This document shows positions 47,069 through 55,837 of a stretch of 64,000 nt of DNA, in pieces (the first letter of the stretch is position 1; the number at the start of each line of letters is the position of its first letter). This DNA comes from an uncultured delta proteobacterium (GTDB lineage: Bacteria > Desulfobacterota > RBG-13-43-22). Position numbers and translations under genes: made by a program. The stretch lies in the NCBI GenBank assembly GCA_963711835.1, contig CAVQFQ010000021.1, positions 32,001-96,000 on the forward strand. Direction: 5' to 3'. The notes beneath the pieces were generated by a model, which was not told the origin of the DNA, made no database searches, and saw only the letters and a program-made list of their open reading frames with translations.

Positions 47069-48073
47069 TTATTCGCGAATGGTTATCGGTCGTCGGTTCT
47101 CCAGCCGCTCCAGAGCGGTTTTGACGCTGGTTCGCATCCGCTCGATCGACTGGCCCAGTCGGGCGACTTCTCCTTCCCCCTCCACATTGACGGCCGCCTC
47201 CAGGTCCCCCATACTGATCCGGTCGGCCGCTTCCGACAGTTGACGGATCGGCCGGACGATGGAAAACGAAAAGGCGTAGATGACCGTCAGCAGCACGGCC
47301 AGGTCGATCAGGACGATGGCCAGGAAAATCAGGAACCGGTTTCTGTACCGCTCCGCGTAAGCGGCCTGCATCCGGTCCACCTTGGCCAGGATGGCGCCAA
47401 CCGGTTTTCCGAATTCGTCTATGTAGGTCGTGGCGGCCACGATCAGGTTCGTGCCTTCCACCGGGGCGCTGAACATGTACTTGGGCCGCACCTTCCCATC
47501 GATGTCCTTCCATTGGTAATAGCCACCCGAAGCCCCTTTCAGCCCCGCTTCCATGACCTTGACGAATTCCGGCAGTTTACCGGCCAGCCGATGCAGGTCG
47601 GTCCCCACGATCTTCGGGTTGACGTGAAAATAGTTGATCCCTTTATTGTTATGAACCGCCGTATAGCCGGTTTCCCCGACCCGCTGGATGGCAATCTCCT
47701 GGAGACGCGGCTGGTTGGCCAGGGCCGCCTCCGACAGGCCCGGATGCGCTTCAAGGTAGATTTCAATCTGCCGGGCCACCCCTTCGGCTTTTTCCTGAAT
47801 AATCTTTTCTCCCAGTTTGTTGAGGGAAGCGACGGATTCTTTGACGCTGGCGGCGCCCAGTTCCTTCAGGCTGTTGGACCCGAGGGCCCGGATGCTGACC
47901 AACGGGCCCACATTGACGAAAAGCAGGCCGGCGATGACCAGGAAGGCGATCAGAATGGGGACGAAGATCCCCAGCAGCAGGGTTCCCTTTAACCCCAGCC
48001 GGTTCATCCGCTGCCTGAACGGTCCCGTTATCCGGTCCAGAAAGCCCCCCTCGCGCTTCGATATTTCCGTCAT
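47069..48073 (-). CDS. Membrane Cache-HAMP sensor protein without output domain
   Basis: RBS aggagg; TM - VGETGYTAV..HVNPKIVG..GYYQW - TM - IVRPIRQLSEAADRISMGDL..EVARLGQSIERMR; ends about 20 aa later. Confidence 0.8.
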   Translation of the reverse strand: MTEISKREGGFLDRITGPFRQRMNRLGLKGTLLLGIFVPILIAFLVIAGLLFVNVGPLVSIRALGSNSLKELGAASVKESVASLNKLGEKIIQEKAEGVARQIEIYLEAHPGLSEAALANQPRLQEIAIQRVGETGYTAVHNNKGINYFHVNPKIVGTDLHRLAGKLPEFVKVMEAGLKGASGGYYQWKDIDGKVRPKYMFSAPVEGTNLIVAATTYIDEFGKPVGAILAKVDRMQAAYAERYRNRFLIFLAIVLIDLAVLLTVIYAFSFSIVRPIRQLSEAADRISMGDLEAAVNVEGEGEVARLGQSIERMRTSVKTALERLENRRPITIRE

Positions 48074-48098
48074 GATCGATCCTCCTGGTTTTGAGTGT

Positions 48099-48926
48099 TT
48101 AACTGGTTTCGAGGGAAGAAAGCCAGGCGACATGCATGGCCTTGCCAAACTTTTCCCGTTTCGGCTCCTCCGTGATCTGGTCACAGACCGTCGAGATGAA
48201 ACTTTGCACCCGGTCCTTTGGGAAGGCCTCCCGGGATTCCTCAAAAGCCGCCAGGGTATCGTTCAGGATGATCCGGGCGATCGGCCCCACCACCTTCTTG
48301 AGTTCCGTCTCGGCGGCCTCGAAAAAGGCCTCGTCAACCATGGCCCTCAGCCCCGCTTTGGGAATATCGGCGGCCTCCGTTTTTTCGACCAGACCTCTTT
48401 CAACCAAGGCGTAGAGGTTGCCCGAAACATCAAACACGGTCCACCCGAGCCGACCGGCCATTTCGGAGACGTTTCGCCTCCCGTTGCACAGGGCGAGTAC
48501 GCCCCACTGTCCGGCCGGGATCACCCGGTCTTCGCCGCCGCTATCACCCACCAGGGAGAAGACGGCCTCGGAGGAAGGCACCAATTGCCTGATCTTCTTC
48601 CACTTCTCCTCCCGTTGGGACCAATTCGACATGACTTGCTCGGTGGGCAGGCGCACCGTGCGTTCCTCCGGCGACGTTCGCCAATTGAAGGTGACCCGGC
48701 CGATGTCCAGGTCCATAATGGGCAGGATCGCTTCTTCTCCGTTCAGGGTGTCGGTCCGGGCATGGACGATCTGGCCCCCCTCAATATATAACTCCGCTAC
48801 CTCCTTACCCTTCTTACCCTTGACCGCCATCAGCCCGGACCTCTTCCCGTCCACCAGAGGTTTTACCAGGTTGAATAAGCTTATTACCGAAAGATCTCCG
48901 ATCAAATCCTTGAACACAGGGTACAC
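48099..48926 (-). CDS. DUF4388 (PatA_N-like) domain protein
   Basis: RBS aaaggagg + GTG; GDLSVISLFNLV..RSGLM..LYIEGGQIVHA..GEEAI; winged-HTH-like middle segment. Confidence 0.8.
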   Translation of the reverse strand: MYPVFKDLIGDLSVISLFNLVKPLVDGKRSGLMAVKGKKGKEVAELYIEGGQIVHARTDTLNGEEAILPIMDLDIGRVTFNWRTSPEERTVRLPTEQVMSNWSQREEKWKKIRQLVPSSEAVFSLVGDSGGEDRVIPAGQWGVLALCNGRRNVSEMAGRLGWTVFDVSGNLYALVERGLVEKTEAADIPKAGLRAMVDEAFFEAAETELKKVVGPIARIILNDTLAAFEESREAFPKDRVQSFISTVCDQITEEPKREKFGKAMHVAWLSSLETS

Positions 48927-49111
48927 AGGCCGCCTCCTTTCCCGCTGCGAGCCCGGGCCTGGTCGGCGGAAGCGCCGACCCAACGAAAGACTCCGACGCC
49001 TAAATGCGTCGCAATAAAATGAAAAGGGTACGTTCGTGCAGAATGTGCTTAGCTAAGGCTTACCCACTGGAATTAGGGTCTATTTTCTTTGCATCAATTT
49101 ATTACGAAAGG

Positions 49112-49274
49112 AAGGCATAATTGCTCAGCTATCACTTCAACCGGCCGATTGGCAGTGGGACTTAATATAAGAACCAGAAATGTTAACTTCACAAAAACGG
49201 GTGACAGGAAGTCAGGAAAAAACCCACGAGGAAATCTAAGGGTAAGTATAGACTCAATTATTTTTGAATGTCAA
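49112..49274 (-). promoter_or_regulatory. Conserved promoter+leader element, copy 1
   Basis: Minus strand TTGACA-18-TATACT; collinear with 54649-54812, including an identical 28-mer gaaatgttaacttcacaaaaacgggtga. Confidence 0.65.
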
Positions 49275-49359
49275 GGTTTTTTTATCAATAAGGAATTCGA
49301 AAAGGGATCCTGGAACTTGGTGGAGCTTAGGAAGTCCTGATGATATACCCACCTGAGGC

Positions 49360-49583
49360 TTAAAAGGAACTCAGATCTTCCAAAAGTCGTGTCAGGGGCA
49401 CACACCGGACCCGGTTCTCTAAAAAAAGGTTCCTTCCCCTGCATGAATGATATTCAGGAGGTCTAATCTTAAGTCTTCCAAGGCGTTTTTCATTGAGGTG
49501 GTAAGACGGGGAGAACTCGTTTTTTTAAATTCAAATCCCAGCCGTTTTCTTCCTCGGATAATGAGGAGGTCCAGCTCGGCCCC
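49360..49583 (-). pseudogene. C-terminal remnant of an AAA_14/DUF4143 ATPase
   Basis: GAELDLLIIRGRKRLGFEFKKTSSPRLTTSMKNALEDLRLD..., paralogous to the C-terminus of 55838..56986; extra frameshift at a T7 run. Confidence 0.75.
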
Positions 49584-49819
49584 AGCTCTCTCCTCTACCC
49601 TTCGATGATTTTAGTAATGTGTCCCCCTAATTCGCAAACTCCTTTTCCTGGCAACCCGGTTAAATTCCTCCGCTCGGGTTTATGAGGCCTGTTTTCCCTG
49701 GGCCACCCTTTCCGATTTTAATTAATGCAACTTAGAACCAACATCCCGCTTTATGAGGGGGACATCCTGAATTAAATCCTCGTTGACCTTCCCGGCCAAC
49801 TCGACTATAAAATCGGCCT

Positions 49820-50779
49820 ATGCCCCCATCCATGTCCACCAAGGGGATGCTGAACCTGATCGTGGTCTATCTGGTCTGGGGCAGCACCTACCTTTTCATC
49901 CGTCTGACCGTCCATGAAGGAAGCGGCTTTCCGCCCTTTGCCATGGCGGCCAGCCGGACGCTGTGTGCCTCGGTGATTCTCTTTGGACTGGCCAGGGGCT
50001 GCGGTTACGGCCTATGGCCTTCGGGGCCGGAGATGCGGGTTCTGTTTGCCTCCGGTCTTCTGTTCTGGCTCGGCGGAAATGGCATGGTCGTCTGGGCCGA
50101 GCGCCATGCCGACTCGAGTTATGCCGCGCTGGTGGTTGGCACCACCCCCATGTGGCCGGTTATTATGGAATCCATCATCGAACGTAAGGCACCCTCTTTT
50201 CTGTTGGTGGTTTCCCTGCTGATCGGATTTGCCGGCCTGGCCGTCCTGGTTGCCCCGGTCCTGCAACAAGGCTTTCGGGCCGATGCCTCAGCCACCGCGG
50301 CCCTCCTGCTGGCCGCCATGGCCTGGTCTGCCGGCTCCCTGCTCCTGCAACGCCGGCCGCCGGGGTCTCCAGCGCTTTTGGTTTCCGCCTACCAGCACCT
50401 GTTCGGAGGGATGGGCTTGACCGCGGCCATGCTGCTGTCCGGCGAACCCTGGCCCCAACCCGCGGCCATGGCCTGGATCGGCTGGGCCTATCTGGTTATT
50501 TTCGGATCCCTGATCAGCTTTACCTCCTATCTCATCGCCGTGCGCACCCTGCCTATCTCCGTGGTCATGACCTACGCCTATATCAATCCGGTCATCGCCG
50601 TTATCCTCGGCTGGCTGGTCCTGGGAGAGCGCATCACCGCCTCGACCGTCTCGGGGATGGCCCTTATCCTGATCGGGGTCTTCGGTGTTTTCTGGAAACG
50701 GTTGCGCCGGGGCGAGTGGATGATTTTAGGTGGGTTTGATCCGTTTCTTTGGAAGGTCCGATTTTTTCCCGCTATTTAA
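49820..50779 (+). CDS. EamA/DMT family transporter
   Basis: VYLVWGSTYLFIR, GFPPF, GGNGMV, YLVIFGSLISFTSY, TYAYINPVIAVILG. Confidence 0.92.
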   Translation: MPPSMSTKGMLNLIVVYLVWGSTYLFIRLTVHEGSGFPPFAMAASRTLCASVILFGLARGCGYGLWPSGPEMRVLFASGLLFWLGGNGMVVWAERHADSSYAALVVGTTPMWPVIMESIIERKAPSFLLVVSLLIGFAGLAVLVAPVLQQGFRADASATAALLLAAMAWSAGSLLLQRRPPGSPALLVSAYQHLFGGMGLTAAMLLSGEPWPQPAAMAWIGWAYLVIFGSLISFTSYLIAVRTLPISVVMTYAYINPVIAVILGWLVLGERITASTVSGMALILIGVFGVFWKRLRRGEWMILGGFDPFLWKVRFFPAI

Positions 50780-50952
50780 GATGCCGCCCCTTCAGTGGAG
50801 TGGACAGCGTCCCCCTCTACTGCTTCTATTCCAAGTTCTTGACAGATGGTCCGGATGGCATATAATATGCCATCTTACCCGGCTGTTTGGAGTTTTCATT
50901 TTAGATCGGCCGGGGATAAATCGCCTCCGTTAGGAGAAAAAGGAGGGGGAAA

Positions 50953-51216
50953 GTGGGAACAGTGAAAACCGCAACCGCCAGGGCTTTAATCGACCCGGAA
51001 GTTAAAAAAGAGGCGGAAGCCATACTTAAGGAAATGGGACTGTCGGTTTCCAATTCGGTGGAACTCTTTTACCGGCAAGTGGTGGCTCAAAGGGGTCTAC
51101 CTTTTGAAATTCATGTCCCGAATGAAAAAACCATGAAGGCCATCAGCAACTCCCGATCAGGGAAAGGGAAGAGGTTTGCCGGTACGGAAGATCTCTTTAA
51201 GGATCTGGGCATCTGA
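50953..51216 (+). CDS. dinJ: RelB/DinJ family antitoxin
   Basis: ARALIDPEVKKEAEAILKEMGLSVS..LFYRQV..GLPFE..PNEKT. Confidence 0.9.
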   Translation: MGTVKTATARALIDPEVKKEAEAILKEMGLSVSNSVELFYRQVVAQRGLPFEIHVPNEKTMKAISNSRSGKGKRFAGTEDLFKDLGI

Positions 51217-51220
51217 GGCC

Positions 51221-51489
51221 ATGCGTTCCATCAGGAGGGATAGCCAGTTCAAAAAAGATGTGAAGGTCCTGTTTAGACGCGGGAAAGACCCGGACAAATT
51301 AAAAAAACTATTGAATGCCTGGCCGCGGCTGAACCGTTGCCCGCTCGAACCAAAGATCATCCCCTCAAGGGAACGCTTAAGGATTGCCGGGAGTGTCCTA
51401 TTGAAGGGGACTGGCTTTTAATCTATCGGATCGAAGGCAGTGAACTTTGTCTGGTCAGGACAGGCTCTCATGCTGATTTGTTCAGGTAA
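51221..51489 (+). pseudogene. yafQ: YafQ family toxin, frameshifted at A7 run (~51301-51307)
   Basis: MRSIRRDSQFKKDVK..., then the -1 frame gives KDHPLKG..RECPIEGDWLLIY..LVRTGSHADLFR*. Confidence 0.85.
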
Positions 51490-51731
51490 TAAGGATTCGC
51501 ACCTGGTCCCCTAAAACTACAAGGTTTGGTCCCGGAATCTCCAATCAGTTTTTCAAGGCGCAGGATAAAAGACCTGGCCTCGCCGGGGCGCTTTTGGAAT
51601 GAAGGTAATTTTAAAGACACCTGCCTGATTTCCGAAATCTTTATCTTTTTATATCCTTGTTAATAAGTTCACTCAGTAACTACGTGCTCTAAAACGTATA
51701 TCGCCCATGACCGACTCCAGCGGTTCCGGAA

Positions 51732-52577
51732 TTAGATCACTCCGCGATAAAAGGCCAGCCGCCGGGCATACGGTGAATAAAGGTCGAGGATCTGTTGTTG
51801 TTCTTCAGGGGATAACGGTTCAAAATGGCGGCCGATCCGGGCCAGGGTTTTTACCTCTTCCGGCGTGGAGCAGCCGACAATGGCCAAGGTGATGGGCTGC
51901 GAAAGGGCAAATCGAATAAGCAACTCGGCTGTTATTCCGGTCTGGGGGATTAAATAATGAGAACCCCCCAAGACCTTCATCCCAATGACCGCCGCTCCTT
52001 TTGCCCGGGCAGCCGGAAGGGTGGAGGTCAGAAACCCTCCCAGGTTCCCCTCTACGGGATTGACGGGTATGAGGACCGAATCTATCGGCCAGGCCTTAAC
52101 GGCCCTGGTCAAAATTTCCGGATCATGATGACCGGTCAGGCCGATAAAGCGGATTTTCCCGCCGGCCTTGGCCTCGATAAAGGCCTCCAAGGCCCCGCCC
52201 GGCCCGGCTATGGTTTGAAAATCTTCTTCAGTCCTTACATCATGGATCTGCCAGAGATCAAGGTAATCGGTTCCCAGGTTGAGCAGGGTACGGTCTAATT
52301 CCTGGAGGGCCTCCCTTTTAGTCCTCATGGCCGATTTGCTGGTCTGAAAGATTCCGGCCCGGTCCTGGGGACGCCGGGTCCAGACCAAACCGTAATAGGC
52401 TTCACTTCCGGCATAGGCCCGGGCGGAATCAAAATAGCCGATCCCCTCGTCCAGGGCGGTCTCGATCACCTTCCGGGCCGTCTTTTCCCTTCCGAAGGTC
52501 CTGAGGACGCCTTCGCCTCCAAGACCGACGACGGTGATTTTCCGGCTGCTATTACCAAAAGATCTTTTTAAAAGCAT
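51732..52577 (-). CDS. Aldo/keto reductase
   Basis: GLGGEG, YFDSARAY..SE, TSK, LGTDYLDLWQIH, GKIRFIGLTGH, IGMKV. Confidence 0.9.
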   Translation of the reverse strand: MLLKRSFGNSSRKITVVGLGGEGVLRTFGREKTARKVIETALDEGIGYFDSARAYAGSEAYYGLVWTRRPQDRAGIFQTSKSAMRTKREALQELDRTLLNLGTDYLDLWQIHDVRTEEDFQTIAGPGGALEAFIEAKAGGKIRFIGLTGHHDPEILTRAVKAWPIDSVLIPVNPVEGNLGGFLTSTLPAARAKGAAVIGMKVLGGSHYLIPQTGITAELLIRFALSQPITLAIVGCSTPEEVKTLARIGRHFEPLSPEEQQQILDLYSPYARRLAFYRGVI

Positions 52578-52580
52578 TTT

Positions 52581-53663
52581 AGGGGACGTTGCTGAAAATC
52601 ATAACTTATTGTTTGATCGTCTGCTCATTTCTTCGGCAGTTCGCTCCACTGCCTTTATGATGGCTGTGGTACTCACCCCCAGGTTTCGGGCAATTTCAGC
52701 ACAACTGATTCCTCTTTCCCGGTTGAGCAGATAGCCCACTTTCGCCCGGACCGCCGAGACCTTTCTTCGCTGGCTGCCCTGCCTGAGTTCCATCTCCAGG
52801 ACCGATTCCTTTTGACACTGTTCCCGGATCACTCGATCAATCAAGTTTCTTCCTCTCACCATTCTTCAACTGCCTTCGAATCCCCGCATCGGCCTCCAGG
52901 ATAATTTGTTCCACAAAATCCCCTCGGCCCAAAACCCGGGGATCATGTTCCCTGCTTTCCCCGCTGTCCCTCAATGACCGGACTTGCGACCATCCCCCAA
53001 GACTCCGAACCAAACCCCCTCCGCTCAAATCATCTCGTCTGCCCCGGCCTTTGGCCTCTTCCACAAAGGTCCGGTAGGCCCTTACCGCCCGTCTCCGGTC
53101 TGGCCCGAATTGTCCCAGGACATAGTCTCGGTCCTGCCAGCCGGCTTGATGACGACCCACCAGGACTGCGTGACCGCTCCAGGGATAGCGGTCTAATTCA
53201 CCGATATGGGCTACTATTCTTCCTCGAAGGGGATTCAAATGGATATACCGTACCAGTTCCAAAAGATAGGGGTCTTCCTCACAGACGATGGACTTATAGC
53301 GGTTTTGGAATAGATGGCCTTTTCTTTTATGTCTCCGGTTAAACCCTGACGGCGTACCCGGTCAAAAGACAACGCATAAACCGGGAAATTCCGCTTGGCC
53401 CGCTGAACAGCAAAAAATGAATATGGTTATCCATTAAAACCCAGGCCAGAATCCGGGTCCCGGTTTTAAGGACCAATCGTTCGATTCGGGCCAGGAGATC
53501 AGCGCGATCCTGATCATCGCGAAAGATCTTCACCCCTTCTATCCCTCGGGCCATGATATGGTGAAGGGTCCCGGGGGCATCTAATCGGGCTTGGCGCGGC
53601 ATAACCCCTCTTATAGCAACTTCCCAATACCTGGTAAAGTTATTTTTTTCATCAACGTCCCCT
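52581..53663 (-). mobile_element. Y1 (HUH) REP-associated tyrosine transposase element bounded by 27-bp inverted repeats
   Basis: 52581-52607 aggggacgttgctgaaaatcataactt vs reverse complement of 53637-53663 aggggacgttgatgaaaaaaataactt (3 mismatches). Confidence 0.75.
52599..53602 (-). pseudogene. RAYT-like Y1 transposase with C-terminal HTH; two +1 frameshifts (~53345, ~52845)
   Basis: MPRQARLDAPGTLHHIMARG, LMDNHIH (HUH), GHLFQNRYKS, RYIHLNP, YPWSGH, EIARNLGVS in three successive frames. Confidence 0.85.
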
Positions 53664-53880
53664 CTTCATGAAACAAACCCAGCAACCGGACTACGCTGAA
53701 ATTAGGTCGCCCGGTTTTGCCATAAAGCATCGCATATCGATCTTCGTTTTTAAACAGTATGGGAAGAACTTCGAATTTAAACAGGTGCGCCCAGGAAGAT
53801 TCTATACGATTACGTAATGAGGCTGAGAGCTGTGTGTCTATACCGAATAACTTTTGTTGGGGAGATGTTTTCTTATACAT
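53664..53880 (-). pseudogene. N-terminal fragment of an IS transposase (IS1182/ISNCY-like)
   Basis: MYKKTSPQQKLF..RIESSWAHLFKFEVLP..LYGKTGRPNFSVVRLLG, cut off at the RAYT inverted repeat. Confidence 0.6.
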
Positions 53881-54648
53881 GACTATGTATAGCATATTCA
53901 TGCAGTTAAAGCAAGTGTTACTTCTCGGGAATCCTATGTGAAAGGCGTCCCCTTTTAACATTTATTAACCGGGAATTGAATAAAGCATATTGGGATGATC
54001 TACTTAAAAGTGAGTTACTTCTCAGGAATCACTTTTTTACGAGCGTCCCCATTTTCATGGGATAAATGTTTGTATGGTTTTGGCATAGCCACTTAGGATA
54101 GCATGTTCCTTCCTGCTTTCCCAAGTGTTGCACTTCGCTATTGAACTGACGAAATCGTTATTTTTCTCAAAATGAAATATTTCCTCTTGACAGGAAGAAT
54201 ATAGGATGTCCCCTAAAACAACTCCTCTGTTAAGAAAATGGGGGTTCTTTGACCCTTAAACAATTCCTTACCTTTACCGTCTTCTCTTCTTTCGGTCATG
54301 CATAACCTTCAAAGGCTTTAGGCGTTGCTGCTTCTCTGTTTCTATCGCGCTGAGTGTTCGTTCTGCGTACTGTTTCATATTCCTTACTATCGATTCCAGT
54401 TATTGAAAAACGTAATTACTTTCATCTGCCCTCCTATAGTTTAGCTTGATGCTTATGCCGGAATGACGCCAATAGTTTCGAATCTAGGCAAAAAGGCTTA
54501 TGTTAACGGCATTGGACCGATCCCCAATCCCTGAGAACCATTTTGCACAGCATGGGCGATGGGCCACCGATAGGCGACCCACCACGGACGTCAGAGAGAA
54601 CTGGCATTTCTGGCGATTCGCCACAGGTCGTGGTTTTGTTCAAAATTA

Positions 54649-54812
54649 AAGGCATATTTGTAAAGCTATCACTTCAACTGGTCATTTGGCCGGGTAACTT
54701 ACTTCAAAAGCAAGGAAATGTTAACTTCACAAAAACGGGTGAAAGGAACTCAGGGGAAAACCCCCGGGGAGTATGTAAGAGTAGGTATATTCAGATAAAA
54801 TGGGAATGTCAA
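54649..54812 (-). promoter_or_regulatory. Conserved promoter+leader element, copy 2
   Basis: Minus strand TTGACA-17-TATACC; collinear (offset ~5538) with 49112-49274. Confidence 0.65.
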
Positions 54813-54876
54813 CCTTTTTTTAAAAGGCGTTCGGAGTTGGGAGTTCGGGGTTCGGCGGATGAAGAAAAAGGGGCTC

Positions 54877-54925
54877 GGATTCAGAGTTCAGGGTTCAGCG
54901 GAAAGGCAAGGTCATAAAAAGACAG
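54877..54925 (+). repeat. 49-bp perfect direct repeat, copy 1 (copy 2 at 57176-57224)
   Basis: ggattcagagttcagggttcagcggaaaggcaaggtcataaaaagacag identical at both sites, embedded in cgttcgg heptamers. Confidence 0.9.
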
Positions 54926-55038
54926 GAGGGGAGGGGGGGGGAAGGACGTTCGGCGTTCGGAGAAGGAAAACAAGGCGGGACAATATGATAAAAGAGTCTG
55001 CCCTTGACTCTTTCTCTGTCTAAAAAGAAATTTTTATC

Positions 55039-55302
55039 TCAATGGCTTCTGGATGCCTTCTCCTGCCTGACGCGATCATATAACCAAACCTTGATCAAAG
55101 CCCCGCGATCCACGCCGATAGATTCTCGGATAGAATCAATTTCATTAACCAGGGACTGGCTGACGTCCAAAGTAATGCGGACTTTCTTGCCGGGTTTGAC
55201 AACCATGGCCTTTGAAAGGTCTATCAATTGATGGATGTCTTCTCCTTGATCAAATCGCCTGTCAAATTCTTCGGTAGTCTTCGCCAAGTTTTTCTTTCTC
55301 AT
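55039..55302 (-). CDS. brnA: BrnA/CopG-type antitoxin
   Basis: EEFDRRFDQGEDI..RITLDVS..EIDS..GVDRGALIKVWL; downstream of brnT. Confidence 0.85.
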   Translation of the reverse strand: MRKKNLAKTTEEFDRRFDQGEDIHQLIDLSKAMVVKPGKKVRITLDVSQSLVNEIDSIRESIGVDRGALIKVWLYDRVRQEKASRSH

Positions 55303-55552
55303 ATAATTCACTCTCTTTCTTCCGGGACCGTCTGACTGAAATGATCCTGATAGTTCCTTTTCTAAAGGTATAAATAGCCGTCCACGGGTGGGAATCGATT
55401 TTCCCGATTAGGATATAACGATCCTCCACAGGATAAGGGGCCATAATTTCAATTCGATCCGGATCATCCCACAAAGGTTTGGCCGCTTCAAAATCGATCC
55501 CGTGTTTTTCCTTATTAGAATGGCTTTTAAGCGGATCCCAATCAAATATCAT
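55262..55552 (-). CDS. brnT: BrnT family toxin
   Basis: FDWDPLKSHSNKEKHGIDFE..EDRYILIG..IRIISVRRSR. Confidence 0.92.
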   Translation of the reverse strand: MIFDWDPLKSHSNKEKHGIDFEAAKPLWDDPDRIEIMAPYPVEDRYILIGKIDSHPWTAIYTFRKGTIRIISVRRSRKKESELYEKEKLGEDYRRI

Positions 55553-55837
55553 GTCAATTTATTACATATTTTAAACAAAATCACAACATATTAGTTAGCA
55601 GTGACTCTCATTCAGCGACCCGGCCAAGATGTGAAGAGATTTGTTACAGGGGGGAGGGAAAGACACGTTCGGCGTTCAACGTTCGGGGTTCGGGGAAAAT
55701 GACATCTCACCGCAAAGACGCAAAGATCGCAAAGAAAAAATCCTTCTCGCATTAAAGCGTCTAACGGCAGAAGGCCTGATGGGGCGGGGAAAGGGATAAA
55801 GAAACGGGACTAATTTCCTGCCGTTAATATAAAGAAT

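Noticed and set aside
49089-49340. Similar short plus-strand ORFs (83 aa here, 124 aa at 54543) sharing NVNFTKTG
   Set aside because: The similarity comes from the duplicated non-coding element; starts and stops are not conserved and there is no RBS.
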